Shown here: positions 47,557 to 57,254 of the stretch, piece by piece
How the letters are laid out: the number at the start of each line of letters is the position of its first letter
How positions within the stretch are numbered: the stretch's first letter is position 1
NCBI GenBank assembly: GCA_040772385.1
Contig: JAXGYF010000001.1
Span: forward strand, 5,048,545-5,112,544
Length of the DNA: 64,000 bases
DNA from: Candidatus Vecturithrix sp.
GTDB lineage: Bacteria > Moduliflexota > Moduliflexia > Moduliflexales > Moduliflexaceae
Reading direction: 5' to 3'
Notes under the pieces: model-generated
Told to the model about the DNA's origin: nothing
Database searches by the model: none
The model's input: the letters and a program-made list of their open reading frames with translations, nothing else
Translations under genes and position numbers: made by a program

Positions 47557-49088
47557 ATGAACGCCTATAAAATTCGTATCAATATTGAAATCACGCCAAC
47601 CACCGACACACCACATTCCTGCCCTACTCACCGTGACGATGGGGGGCTTGAGGTCGTCATTCCAGAAACGGAGGCGAGCAGCATCGATCTCTGTGAGCGA
47701 CGCCTTCTGGAGACCAGCCATCCGGCGATTCGTGACGCCCTGGCCCGCCATTTGAGTGCCTTGTCAAAAAAAAAGCCTTGGCCCACGGAACTGACACAAT
47801 GATTCGTGACAAGGCGTATCCATATTGGGTTGATGGGGAAGTTGGTCGCTTCGAATTTACGACCCATCAGGTGTGTGATGGCGAGCGGACGCTGTATGAC
47901 ACCGCCTCCGAGTTCTTTCCTCAACGAGGACGATGGGAATGGTACAAGACAAGCGGGTTCAAAGAAGTGGCCTATATCCATGGTGTGACGGAAGCCTCCT
48001 ACCGGAAAACCAGTCGGTGGCTCAATCGTGTGCGCGATCAGTCGGAGCGCGAGGGCACCCCGGCGCGCAGTCTTCAAGCCCAGGCGGAAGGGGAAGGCAT
48101 CAGACTGTGAGAGACGCTTGACCGCAAAGCGAGTCAAATTTTGGCGATCTCTCATGTCTCCGAGTCCAATGGCCGAATGAGTGTGCCGGACGTCCTGCCC
48201 CCGTCCTCGTCGCCAACGATCCCCCAGGTTCGAGTGGACGCGGCGATTGAGAGGTGTCAGCACCGCATGAAGACGCCTCAGAACCTCTGGAGCAATCCAG
48301 TGCCTTACGAAATGCCGGAACTGACCGTGAACCTGTCGGTGGATGATGTAGGCGTGAAACGGCAAAAGGCTGAACGGGGCTCGTCAGCGCCCCCTCCATC
48401 TCCCCCTGGTCAAGGGAACAAGACACGCACGTATGCTCACACGACCGTGGTGCATCTTGAGCGACAAGGACAGACCTATGTGCTGGCAGGCCATGGCATG
48501 ACCGCTGTCTTTCGCGTGGTGCTGGCATTTTTACTCTCAAATAATCTGAAGGCGTGCCATCTTCAATTTTTTACCGATGGGTATGGGGTGTTACATGAGG
48601 CCATTCGTCGCAGCTTTTCGTGGTGTTCGACGATGGTCATTGTGGTGGATTGGTATCATGTTCTCAGGAAGTGCCAGGTGCAACTCAGTCTGGCGTTCAC
48701 AGGGCGAGAGCGTCGCAATGCCGTCTTGAAGGAGGTATTGCCTCTCTTGTGGCATGGACTGGTTGATCACGCCATTCGCGTTCTCACCTCACTCGATATG
48801 AAGCAGGTCAAAGATCCCAACGCTCTCGCCAGATTAGTCGGCTATTTTGAGCGTAATCGTGCGCATATCCCCTGTTATGCCGTCAGGAAAGAACTTGGCT
48901 TACGAAATTCCAGTCAGATTGGCGAAAAAATGAATGACTTGCTGGTGTCAGAGCGTCAAAAGCATCACGGGATGAGTTGGTCGATTGCCGGCTCTGTTGG
49001 CCTGGCAGCTCTTGCTGCCCTGGGAAGGAACAAGGAATATGCCCAATGGTTTGACGAAGGGGATATTCCGTTTAAGCTTGTCGCATAG
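47557..49088 (+). pseudogene. IS transposase remnant split over three reading frames (47557-47802, 47778-48110, 48141-49088); family uncertain, possibly ISKra4/ISAzo13-like
   Basis: Three consecutive ORFs in different frames, GC-rich at ~58% within an AT-rich array. The family assignment is from recall and is weak. Confidence 0.4.
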
Positions 49089-49091
49089 GCA

Positions 49092-49281
49092 TACAGGAGC
49101 TTTGCACAGGTGGAAATTTATCTTTGTGAAGCAACTTACGGAGAAATTCTTGAAGAAGGAAAAGATGGATTAATTGCTCTTCGTGAGAATCAAAAATTAT
49201 TCATATTAGGCAAGCCTGGTTCGGGTAAAACCACTTTTCTCAAATATATCGTGATAGAGGCAATTGATAACTTACCATTCG
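49092..49281 (+). pseudogene. N-terminal fragment of a NACHT/STAND NTPase gene (Walker A FILGKPGSGKTTFLKYI), truncated on both sides by IS insertions
   Basis: Manual translation gives ...EILEEGKDGLIALRENQKLFILGKPGSGKTTFLKYIVIEAIDNLPFA, stopping at the IS1634-like element boundary. Confidence 0.55.
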
Positions 49282-51300
49282 CTTAATAAAATCTAATAAT
49301 GGTGAATTTCAAGATTTTGATACAAAACATCATCCAATCCTAATCTGTTCAAGATCTCTTTTTGGAGTTCTGATAGAGGCGTAAGATGACGGATTATGTG
49401 ATCCTTCAGATGAATAATTGTCAGGGTAATCCCCTCAAATGCCTTCAGCAACCGTTCGCTGGTCGGCCTGTTAGTGGTCTTTCGTATATTCTCAGGATGC
49501 AATCCTGGGAAAGCCTTCTTTTCCCGCTCTAATGAACGTCTTACAACAAACTCGATACGCGTTAACGTTCGAACTCCCAATGTCAATAAGTGGTTTAAGC
49601 CTTTGACTTGATCCGGTTCCGTCACATACATCGGAGCAATATTCAAACGGTTTTTGAGACGATCGAAGAGCCGTTCAATTCGACATTCTTGCCGGTATAA
49701 TCGTACCGCATCTTCCAAACATCACCTGTCACCGGACGTATCAGTCACGTAGGCTCTCCACCCGAACGGCTCCTTGACGTGCTCAATCTTCGCGGCATCC
49801 CGGGTAACAGCCGTGATGTGATAGCGAATGCTTTCGACCACCTCTTGTTGACGATTCGCCCCTCCTCGGCCTCGGCCCCTGTATTTCGTTGTACGCTCAA
49901 CTTCGCGTTCATACTCAACACGAAGCAGACCGTCAACCCGATGCTGCTTCTCAATCGCCTCAATGGCAGCCTTCAAACTCTGCTCATCGGTTATCTGTTT
50001 TTTCCCTCGGCCACGCGGCGGGGTAAGGGCATACAGTTTCTGCTCGGCCTGGTCCAAACGGGTATCGAACCCACGTTCCTGCTGCCCGGCATGATTGAAG
50101 GACTTGACGACCAACACCCGTTCAGTCCATTCAAGCGTCTGGCCGTTGACCACCCCGGAGCACCGACGTTCAACCTCATACCCTGCGGCCACGATGGCCT
50201 CTTCACCGTTGGCATCTGTGACCACCACAGGTTGAAGGGCTTTCTCCTTTTCCAGGGCAATACCGTCTCGAACCCACTCTGCCATCACTTCCGGCGTCTT
50301 CCCGGTTTGAGGCAGAGGGCAAAGATAATGACCGCCCAGCCCTTTAATATGCAAACGCGTCTCAATGGCACTGAGCTTGCAATCGCCAACATAGAGAACG
50401 CCCTGTCTCTCAAGGACGGCATGAATGCGATTAATCACCGGAACATATAAGCCGTCATCCGCACGCTCGCCTGACACGACATCGGTCGCTAGCGGCATAC
50501 CAAGCGGATCAAGTGCCCCTGTCATGAGCTTGATGTGAGGTAAACTCGGGTCGTCTTTACTATGACCGAATTGAAAAAGACCTCCCTCCCTCACCTCATG
50601 GTAGCCCGAAACCGTCGTCGCGTCACACCTAACGACATCCGTTTCTAAATCATAGGCACGGATGCTCTTCTGATTTAGCTCGGCCTCGATCGGTTCCCAA
50701 TACGACGGCTTGCTCAAGTTCTTCAGCAAAATACCCAGGCGGTCATCCGTAAAATCAAGCTCCCTGACAGTTTGGCCACTCACCGTGCTCAACGTCTGCT
50801 CCAGGTTCTTCACATACTGCCTGACGACGACTTTTCGATGATCGCCCTCAGAAAGAATATAGGCTAACCAGATCACCGCTGTCCAGCCCCAGCTTAATTC
50901 ACGCTGTTTCCAATGGACCGGAATATGGTTGTCGAGAACCTCAGGTAAGCCCATCTGAACCAGCACTCCAATGATTAACACAATATCATCGACCCGCTCT
51001 GAGCGAATCTCGAAGTCTTTTCTTGACTCAACGTGCTCTTTTGTTAACATACGCCTCTATACCTCCTGTGATTTTTTTCTATCATCGCCTCACAGAGGGG
51101 CATATTGCGCAAATTAAATTTTACCTGTCAAAATAAAGCGAATGATGAGTGATAATAATATTGATAAGAAGTTAACTCAAATTCCTATTTTTGTGCCTTT
51201 AAGAAGCTTTGCTGAGTCAGGCTTATCCCTATTTGAATTCATTGTTCGCCAGTTTAAAATTTGTAATTTCCCTGATGCTGGCCCTTTTATTGAAACGATC
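49282..51300 (-). mobile_element. IS1634/IS4-like insertion sequence inserted in the NACHT gene; its transposase reading frame carries an in-frame TGA
   Basis: ORFs 49722-51050 and 49293-49718 are in the same frame, separated by the TGA at 49722-49724. Together they give a ~585-aa DDE transposase-like protein (C-terminal ...GWRAYVTD and ...YRQECRIERLFDRLK). The element boundaries are approximate. Confidence 0.55.
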
Positions 51301-52274
51301 TTGAGAAAAAGAGGTAATTTTAAGCTAACACCTCAGGTTTTCGCTCGACTGAAAGAGAACAATTTACCTAAGAAATATCTGAGTAAATTAAAAAATTTGG
51401 AAAATAAAGAATTCTCTACTGAAGAAGAGCTTTTTACTAATGTCCAAACATTTGTAGATGATAATAAAATTTTTGAAGAATATAAGGCATTATTTTTGCG
51501 ATACGCAAAAAACGAAAAGTGGAAAACTATTATTTTATGTGATGGATTAGATGAAGTTCCTAAAAAAGAAGACAAACGACAGAAAATTATTCAAGAATTA
51601 ATTGATTTCAGTAATGAATTTGAGGAAAGTCAGTTTGTTATCACATGTCGTATTGCTGCCTCAGAATATCATTTTGAAGGTTTTACCTATGTTGAAATTG
51701 CAGATTTTGATGAAAAACAAATTGCCTCTTTTATTAGGAATTGGTTTATGAATAGTTCTTCATTGGCGAACAATTTTCTCGAAGAGTTTGGGAAAATTGG
51801 TAATGAACGACTTCGTGATCTTGCTAGAACCCCTCTGATTCTTACACTTTTATGTATTTCTTATGAGAACACTCTTGAACTACCAATTCGACGCTCAGAA
51901 ATTTATAAAGAGGCTCTTGATGCATTATTGGTGAGATGGAGTGCTACTCGGGGAATTAAACGAGATGAAATATATAACCATTTATCTCTTGGCAGAAAAC
52001 AACAAATGTTTGCCCGTATTGCTGCGGAGACTTTCCAAAAGAGTCAGTATCTCATTAAACAAGAAGTTCTGGAAGAAAAAATTATTAAGTATTTAAGAAA
52101 TTTACCGCAAGTAAGTATGGATGAAGAGATTAATGGAACAGCAATTCTTAAAGCTATTGAATCCCAACATGGGATTTTTGTTGAGAGAGCCCAGGGCATT
52201 TACTCATTTTCTCATCTAACCTTTCAAGAATATTATGCCGCAAAATATATTTATGAACACCTTGATAAAGATAT
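51142..52274 (+). pseudogene. C-terminal fragment of the NACHT NTPase gene (Walker B ILCDGLDEV, TCR sensor, TPLILTLLC), truncated at its 3' side by IS91-family copy 2
   Basis: The 51142-52341 ORF lacks a Walker A motif. Its last residues (...LNKAAGRQKSFASLPTIFLLP) are encoded by the IS91-like left end. Confidence 0.6.
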
Positions 52275-52415
52275 GTTGAACAAAGCCGCAGGGCGGCAGA
52301 AGAGTTTCGCGTCCCTCCCCACCATTTTTCTCTTGCCATGATCTGAGGCGGTGTCATCCTGCTCCATGATGTATTCATGAGATCTCTGAACCTCTTTCAT
52401 CATGGAGGCCCTCCT

Positions 52416-53282
52416 ATGACCGCTCTCAGACACCGATTCATCGAAGACCTGCAGTTGCAAGGCACGTCTGACCGGACGCAACAGGCGTACGTCCGCGCGG
52501 TGCGGATGCTCGCCGAACACTTTCACACCCCGCCGGATCAGCTCACGGACGAGCAGATTCGGCAGTATGTCCTGTACGTCAAAAACACCCGACACTGGTC
52601 GTGTTCGACCATGAAACAGGCCCTCTGCGCCATCAAAACCTTCTACACCCAGACCGTACACCGGGAGTGGGGTCTGCTGGACGTGATTCGCCCGCCAAAA
52701 TCGCAGACCCTGCCCGATGTCCTGACCCACGACGAGGCGCAACGACTGCTTCAGGCGGTGCGCCTGCCGCACTACCGGCTGTGCTTGACGACCATCTACT
52801 CGTGTGGCTTGCGCCTGACTGAAGGCGCCCAGCTCCGGGTGACAGACATCGACAGCGCCCGGATGCTCGTGCATGTCCGCCGCGGCAAAGGGGACAAAGA
52901 CCGGTATGTGCCCCTCCCACAGCGCACCCTGGAACTCCTGCGCCAGTATTGGCTCACGCACCGCCATCCAATCTGGCTCTTTCCGGCCGGTGGGGCCGGC
53001 CCGGTGCAGCGTCACCCCGCCTCGACGCCCATCTCCGTGAGCACGCTGCAAAAAGCCTGTCGCCTCGCGAAGCAGGAGGCGGGCATCACCACACGGGTGT
53101 CGGTCCACAGTCTGCGCCATGCCTACGCCACCCATCTGCTGGAAGCCGGGGTCAGCCTGCGGATGATTCAAGCGTATTTGGGACATACGTCGCCCCAAAT
53201 CACGGCCCGTTACACCCATCTCACCTCCCAGGCCCAGACCAGCGCGGGCGCCGTCATTGACGAGCTGATGCAGGATCTGTAA
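52416..53282 (+). CDS. Tyrosine recombinase of IS91-family copy 2
   Basis: Paralog of the 39267-40133 gene. Confidence 0.8.
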   Translation: MTALRHRFIEDLQLQGTSDRTQQAYVRAVRMLAEHFHTPPDQLTDEQIRQYVLYVKNTRHWSCSTMKQALCAIKTFYTQTVHREWGLLDVIRPPKSQTLPDVLTHDEAQRLLQAVRLPHYRLCLTTIYSCGLRLTEGAQLRVTDIDSARMLVHVRRGKGDKDRYVPLPQRTLELLRQYWLTHRHPIWLFPAGGAGPVQRHPASTPISVSTLQKACRLAKQEAGITTRVSVHSLRHAYATHLLEAGVSLRMIQAYLGHTSPQITARYTHLTSQAQTSAGAVIDELMQDL

Positions 53283-53309
53283 CCCTCCACACATCTTAGG
53301 AGGCAACGG

Positions 53310-54446
53310 ATGCTGGAATTGGCCGACATCTTTCAGGAATATGGCCCTGCGTATGAGGCGACGTACGGCGACCGCATGCTGCCCAGCCACCGGGATGCGC
53401 TGTGGGATATCGCCCACTGCCGCACGCCTCTGATGGGGGGCGAGGTGTTCTGGTGCGAGCACTGCCAGGATGTTGTGTACAGCTACCACTCCTGCGGCAA
53501 CCGCCATTGTCCGAAATGCGGCGGCGACCGGGCCGATGCCTGGCGCGACGCCCAACTCAAGAAGCTGCTGCCCGTCCCCTATTTTCTCGTGACCGTCACC
53601 TTGCCCCATGCCCTGAATCCGATGGCGCGATCGCACCAGCAGCTCGTCTATGATCTGCTGTTCAAAACATCGGCGGACGCGCTCCAGACCCTGGCCCTGA
53701 ATCCAGAGTGGCTCGGCGGCACGATTGGCCTGGTGGGCGTCTTACACACCTGGGATCGGGCGATGGGGTATCACGTGCATGTCCACTATCTTGTCCCAGC
53801 CGGCGGGATCGATCCGGACACCGGAGCATGGATGCCGTCGCATCCGAAATTCTTGGTCCCCGCTTCGGCCCTGCGGGAGGTCTTCCGGGCGAAATTCCGC
53901 GACGCTCTGCACGCCGCCGATCCGGCCCTCTTCGCGCAGGTCCCACCCGAGACCTGGAGCAAACAGTGGGTGGTGCACGGCAAGGCCGTCGGAGACGGAC
54001 GCACCGCCCTGACATATCTGGCCCCCTACATTGCCCGCGTCGCCCTGTCCAATCGGAGACTGGTCGCCCTGGAAGCCGGGCACGTCACGTTCCGCTATAC
54101 GCCGCGCACGAAGCCCTGGAGGACCATGACGCTCGACGTCATGCGCTTCATGCAGCGCTTCTTACAGCATGTGTTGCCCAAAGGCTTCCCAAAAATCCGG
54201 TATACCGGCTTCCTGCACCCCAACGCCCGGACCACGCTGGCGGCCCTCCAGGAGCAGCTCGCCACAGAGGCCGCTGACGAACGCCTGCCAGCGGCGTTGG
54301 CGGCCACCTTCGGTCTGCAGATTGGCGCCAGCGCGTCCGACGACGCCCCCCCTGACGAGACGCCACGCTGTTGTCCGCACTGCGGCGGGCCGCTGGCCTT
54401 CATCGGCCGCTTCCCGCGATCCCCTCATCGCCGAGGTCCCCCATGA
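53310..54446 (+). CDS. IS91-family transposase, copy 2
   Basis: Paralog of the 40155-41291 gene. Confidence 0.8.
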   Translation: MLELADIFQEYGPAYEATYGDRMLPSHRDALWDIAHCRTPLMGGEVFWCEHCQDVVYSYHSCGNRHCPKCGGDRADAWRDAQLKKLLPVPYFLVTVTLPHALNPMARSHQQLVYDLLFKTSADALQTLALNPEWLGGTIGLVGVLHTWDRAMGYHVHVHYLVPAGGIDPDTGAWMPSHPKFLVPASALREVFRAKFRDALHAADPALFAQVPPETWSKQWVVHGKAVGDGRTALTYLAPYIARVALSNRRLVALEAGHVTFRYTPRTKPWRTMTLDVMRFMQRFLQHVLPKGFPKIRYTGFLHPNARTTLAALQEQLATEAADERLPAALAATFGLQIGASASDDAPPDETPRCCPHCGGPLAFIGRFPRSPHRRGPP

Positions 54447-54829
54447 CACCACGAGCCCGACACCTCACCGTCATCTTCCCACAACCGGTTCGGAAAATCC
54501 TCTTTTTCCGGCGCATCGTCCTCGTCTGCCCATCGCCCGGAAATCGCCTCATGGCGGTGCGAATACACCATACTCACGGCCTCGATATTCCCTTCTGGCG
54601 GCACTCGCCGCGCGCATGCAAGGGGCACATTCCGCCATTCCCGAGGATTTTTCAGCCTCCACAGCCTGGTCATTTCGGAGCAAAATCCAAAGAACACATT
54701 CTCCATATTTTTTCCTTGACATGTCGGCAGATCGCCCCCATACAAAGAGGGGTGGGCTTGTTCAACAGAGATTATGTGCCGGATTCTCGTCACATGAATC
54801 TTTAATCCGTTAGCAGGGAAAAGGTGAGA

Positions 54830-55060
54830 AGGAAGACGAGCACGCACGACACATGCAACACAAACGTCGCGAAACAAAAAACTTGACACCCGAAGATCGA
54901 AGAGAGAACATGTAAGCAAGAGACAACGACACAAAGAAACACCCAATACACAAACAGGCAAGCAAGAAACACACAAGGAAGGAAGAAACAAACAAACAAG
55001 TAAGTAAGTAAGCAAGCAAGAAAGCAACCAACAAACAAACAAGCAACAAGCAACAAGAGA
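54830..55060. repeat. AC-rich low-complexity / microsatellite-like tract (CAAACAAG, AAGCAAGC, AAGTAAGT units)
   Basis: About 230 bp of strand-asymmetric A+C-rich simple sequence, immediately right of IS91-family copy 2 and upstream of hicB. Confidence 0.7.
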
Positions 55061-55069
55061 GGAGAACGA

Positions 55070-55273
55070 ATGAAATTACGAATTCTACTTGAGCCAAGTG
55101 ATGAAGGAGGCTATACGGTCATTGTGCCCGCTCTTCCTGGATGTATCAGCGAAGGAGATAGCCGAGAAGAGGCGTTGAGAAATATTCAGGAAGCGATCAC
55201 CTTATATCTTGAACCGATCGAAGATGATCTGGACTTTATGCCACAGGCTGAACTCTTGGAGCTTGCCGTATGA
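55070..55273 (+). CDS. hicB: HicB-family antitoxin (UPF0150)
   Basis: MKLRILLEPSDEGGYTVIVPALPGCISEGDSREEALRNIQEAITLYLE. Confidence 0.8.
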   Translation: MKLRILLEPSDEGGYTVIVPALPGCISEGDSREEALRNIQEAITLYLEPIEDDLDFMPQAELLELAV

Positions 55274-55497
55274 GTAAAGTACCGAGTGTGAATTATGAGC
55301 AAGTGATTCGGGCGTTGCGTCGAGATGGATGGGTCGTTGTTCGGCAGCATGGCAGCCATATTCGCCTACAAAAACAATTACCCGCAGAAACGTTAAAATT
55401 AACAGTTCCGGCTCACCGCCCGATTAAACGAACGACCTTAGCGCATATTTTGAAACAAGCCAGATTATCGGTGGAACGGTTCAAGAAGCTCTTATAA
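55270..55497 (+). CDS. hicA: HicA-family mRNA interferase toxin (YcfA-like)
   Basis: ...VIRALRRDGWVVVRQHGSHIRL..., overlapping the hicB stop by 4 nt. Confidence 0.8.
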   Translation: MSKVPSVNYEQVIRALRRDGWVVVRQHGSHIRLQKQLPAETLKLTVPAHRPIKRTTLAHILKQARLSVERFKKLL

Positions 55498-55511
55498 TGA
55501 GCGAAGAGCAG

Positions 55512-55621
55512 ATCTAACAATGGCTTGCAGGTGACGCGGGAAGGCGGGCGGAAAAATTGGTTGCTATCATTCAAGCTTAGTTGCGCCCGCCTTCCCGCGC
55601 CCCTGAAGCGGGGCGTTCGAT
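55512..55621 (+). other. attC-like site (ATCTAAC ... GACGCGGGAAGGCGGGCGG ... GCCCGCCTTCCCGCG ... GGGGCGTTCGAT)
   Basis: A perfect RYYYAAC 5' core and the cognate GTTCGAT at the 3' end. Nested inverted repeats. It begins 15 nt after the hicA stop. Confidence 0.6.
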
Positions 55622-55778
55622 TTCCCCATGTATAGTTCAAGCCAAATCGTCATCATTATAAAATCATATCGGCATGACAAACAAAGTTGACAAATTTCTT
55701 GATGCCTGTATAGTGAAATTAATTTGTTTGCTGATAATGCAAAAATGAATCAGGTGGCATATAGGTGAATGTAAGAAT

Positions 55779-56087
55779 ATGAATATACTACAACAAATAC
55801 CTTGGCTTGAGATAGGGCTATATTTTAGCATGATAATGGGTATGGCCGCCAAATATCTCTATGATGAACTTAGTTTAGTCAAAAGAAAAAAGTTCAGGTT
55901 CCGTAAGTGGCAATTTCTTCGACCTATTATCATTTCTCCAATTGTGTTTGGGGTAATTTATGGTCTTACTGATGAGACTACTTCTCCTATACTCCTATTC
56001 ATGTTTTCTTTTCAAAATGGTTTCTTTTGGCAAACAATTTTAAATAAACCTGAAACAAGAGATTCAAGTAACTTTGATGCTTTCTAA
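55779..56087 (+). CDS. Small integral membrane protein (3 predicted TM helices)
   Basis: Hydrophobic segments LEIGLYFSMIMGMAAKYLY, IISPIVFGVIYGL and ILLFMFSFQNGFFW. It overlaps the start of the next gene. Confidence 0.45.
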   Translation: MNILQQIPWLEIGLYFSMIMGMAAKYLYDELSLVKRKKFRFRKWQFLRPIIISPIVFGVIYGLTDETTSPILLFMFSFQNGFFWQTILNKPETRDSSNFDAF

Positions 56088-56109
56088 AACTTCTATGAGG
56101 GTGAATACA

Positions 56110-56988
56110 ATGCCAATAATTCCAATACCTTATCATTTCAGTACAACAATCACACAAAAGGATCTATTCATTAACCGGAAAAATGATATTGGTAAAATTG
56201 TTCGAGCATTATCTGGATTTCAGATGAACAACATTTCTGTCATTGGCGAAAGGAAAATAGGAAAATCTTCGTTGCTTTATTATATTTCGAAGTATGAAGA
56301 ATTGCCAGATATAAAGACAGTATTCTTCGATTTTCAAAATAAAGCTGAAGCAAAGATTTTTTATGAACAAATTTGCTCAGAACAAATTACGGATTCTTCA
56401 CAAAAAATAGCGTATTTTCTTGATGAACTTGAATCCGCCTCAAGCTTCGGAGAAACTTTTTTTAAAAAGTTACGCTCTGTTGCCAATAAACCTAATATTG
56501 CGTTAGTTACAGCATCAAGAGCCCCACTATCTACAATTTGTCCCGAGTTTTCTGATGATTCCTCTCCCTTTTATAATATTTTTGTTCCACAAAGTTTAAC
56601 GAATTTTTCTAAGGAGGATACTATCGAACTAATAACAGAAACACCAAAAAGAGTGGGATTGAAACTAAAGCCCGAACAATTTTTTACTCATGACGAAATT
56701 AGATTAATTGTTAAACTCTCAAATTGCCACCCATGGAAGATTCAACTCTACAGCTACTATTTCTTTGAAGCAAAAGTCAACAATATCATCGAAAAAAATG
56801 AAGTTAAGCTGCAAATTAGAGAGGCTTTAAAAATGCAAAGTGGGCAAAAAGAATTGCTGCCCGTCTTAAATTCAGATATTGATATTAGAGAAGTTCTGTC
56901 TACAGATGTTAGCCCTTTGATAAAAAATCTTTTCCAGTTTTTGATCGAAATAGCAACTGAATATGCCACGAAAAAATATATCGGCTAA
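56110..56988 (+). CDS. P-loop ATPase of the Arch_ATPase / AAA-like family
   Basis: FINRKNDIGKIVRAL...VIGERKIGKSSLLYYI (Walker A) and IAYFLDELE (Walker B). The start could be the upstream Met at 56074. Confidence 0.5.
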   Translation: MPIIPIPYHFSTTITQKDLFINRKNDIGKIVRALSGFQMNNISVIGERKIGKSSLLYYISKYEELPDIKTVFFDFQNKAEAKIFYEQICSEQITDSSQKIAYFLDELESASSFGETFFKKLRSVANKPNIALVTASRAPLSTICPEFSDDSSPFYNIFVPQSLTNFSKEDTIELITETPKRVGLKLKPEQFFTHDEIRLIVKLSNCHPWKIQLYSYYFFEAKVNNIIEKNEVKLQIREALKMQSGQKELLPVLNSDIDIREVLSTDVSPLIKNLFQFLIEIATEYATKKYIG

Positions 56989-57022
56989 ACTTCCTTATAT
57001 GTTAAACATATTCAATCCATAA

Positions 57023-57233
57023 TTGTGATGTGAAGGCACATCGTGGAGTGTTTTGGTGAAAGCACTCCATAAAAATTGAAAAAGGATGTACTGCAATCAC
57101 ATCGTAGCCTATTATGATCCTGTTTTTTCGTAATATGGCGTTTTTTCAGATAAGCTGCTGATACGCCGACTCTACGAAGTGCTTGCACGAATGTAGTAAA
57201 TCATCCTAAGCTACGATGTGCCTTCACATCACA
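57023..57233. repeat. MITE-like ~210-bp element bounded by perfect 20-bp terminal inverted repeats GTGATGTGAAGGCACATCGT / ACGATGTGCCTTCACATCAC
   Basis: A perfect 20-bp inverted repeat at 57023-57042 and 57214-57233. A third partial copy, CACATCGTAGC, lies inside. Confidence 0.55.
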
Positions 57234-57254
57234 CATAATAATATTCATATAATT

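Larger units (their letters stand above)
52275..54813 (+). mobile_element. IS91-family insertion sequence, copy 2 (direct orientation relative to copy 1; ~88% identity)
   Basis: Same gene pair and ends as copy 1, with tGTTGAAC immediately left of the element. Confidence 0.75.

Noticed and set aside
49722-49724. In-frame TGA as evidence of an alternative genetic code (UGA = Gly or Trp)
   Set aside because: Several confidently called genes terminate with TGA at the expected position, and no other in-frame TGA was seen in conserved genes. A pseudogene, a read-through event or a sequencing error is more likely.
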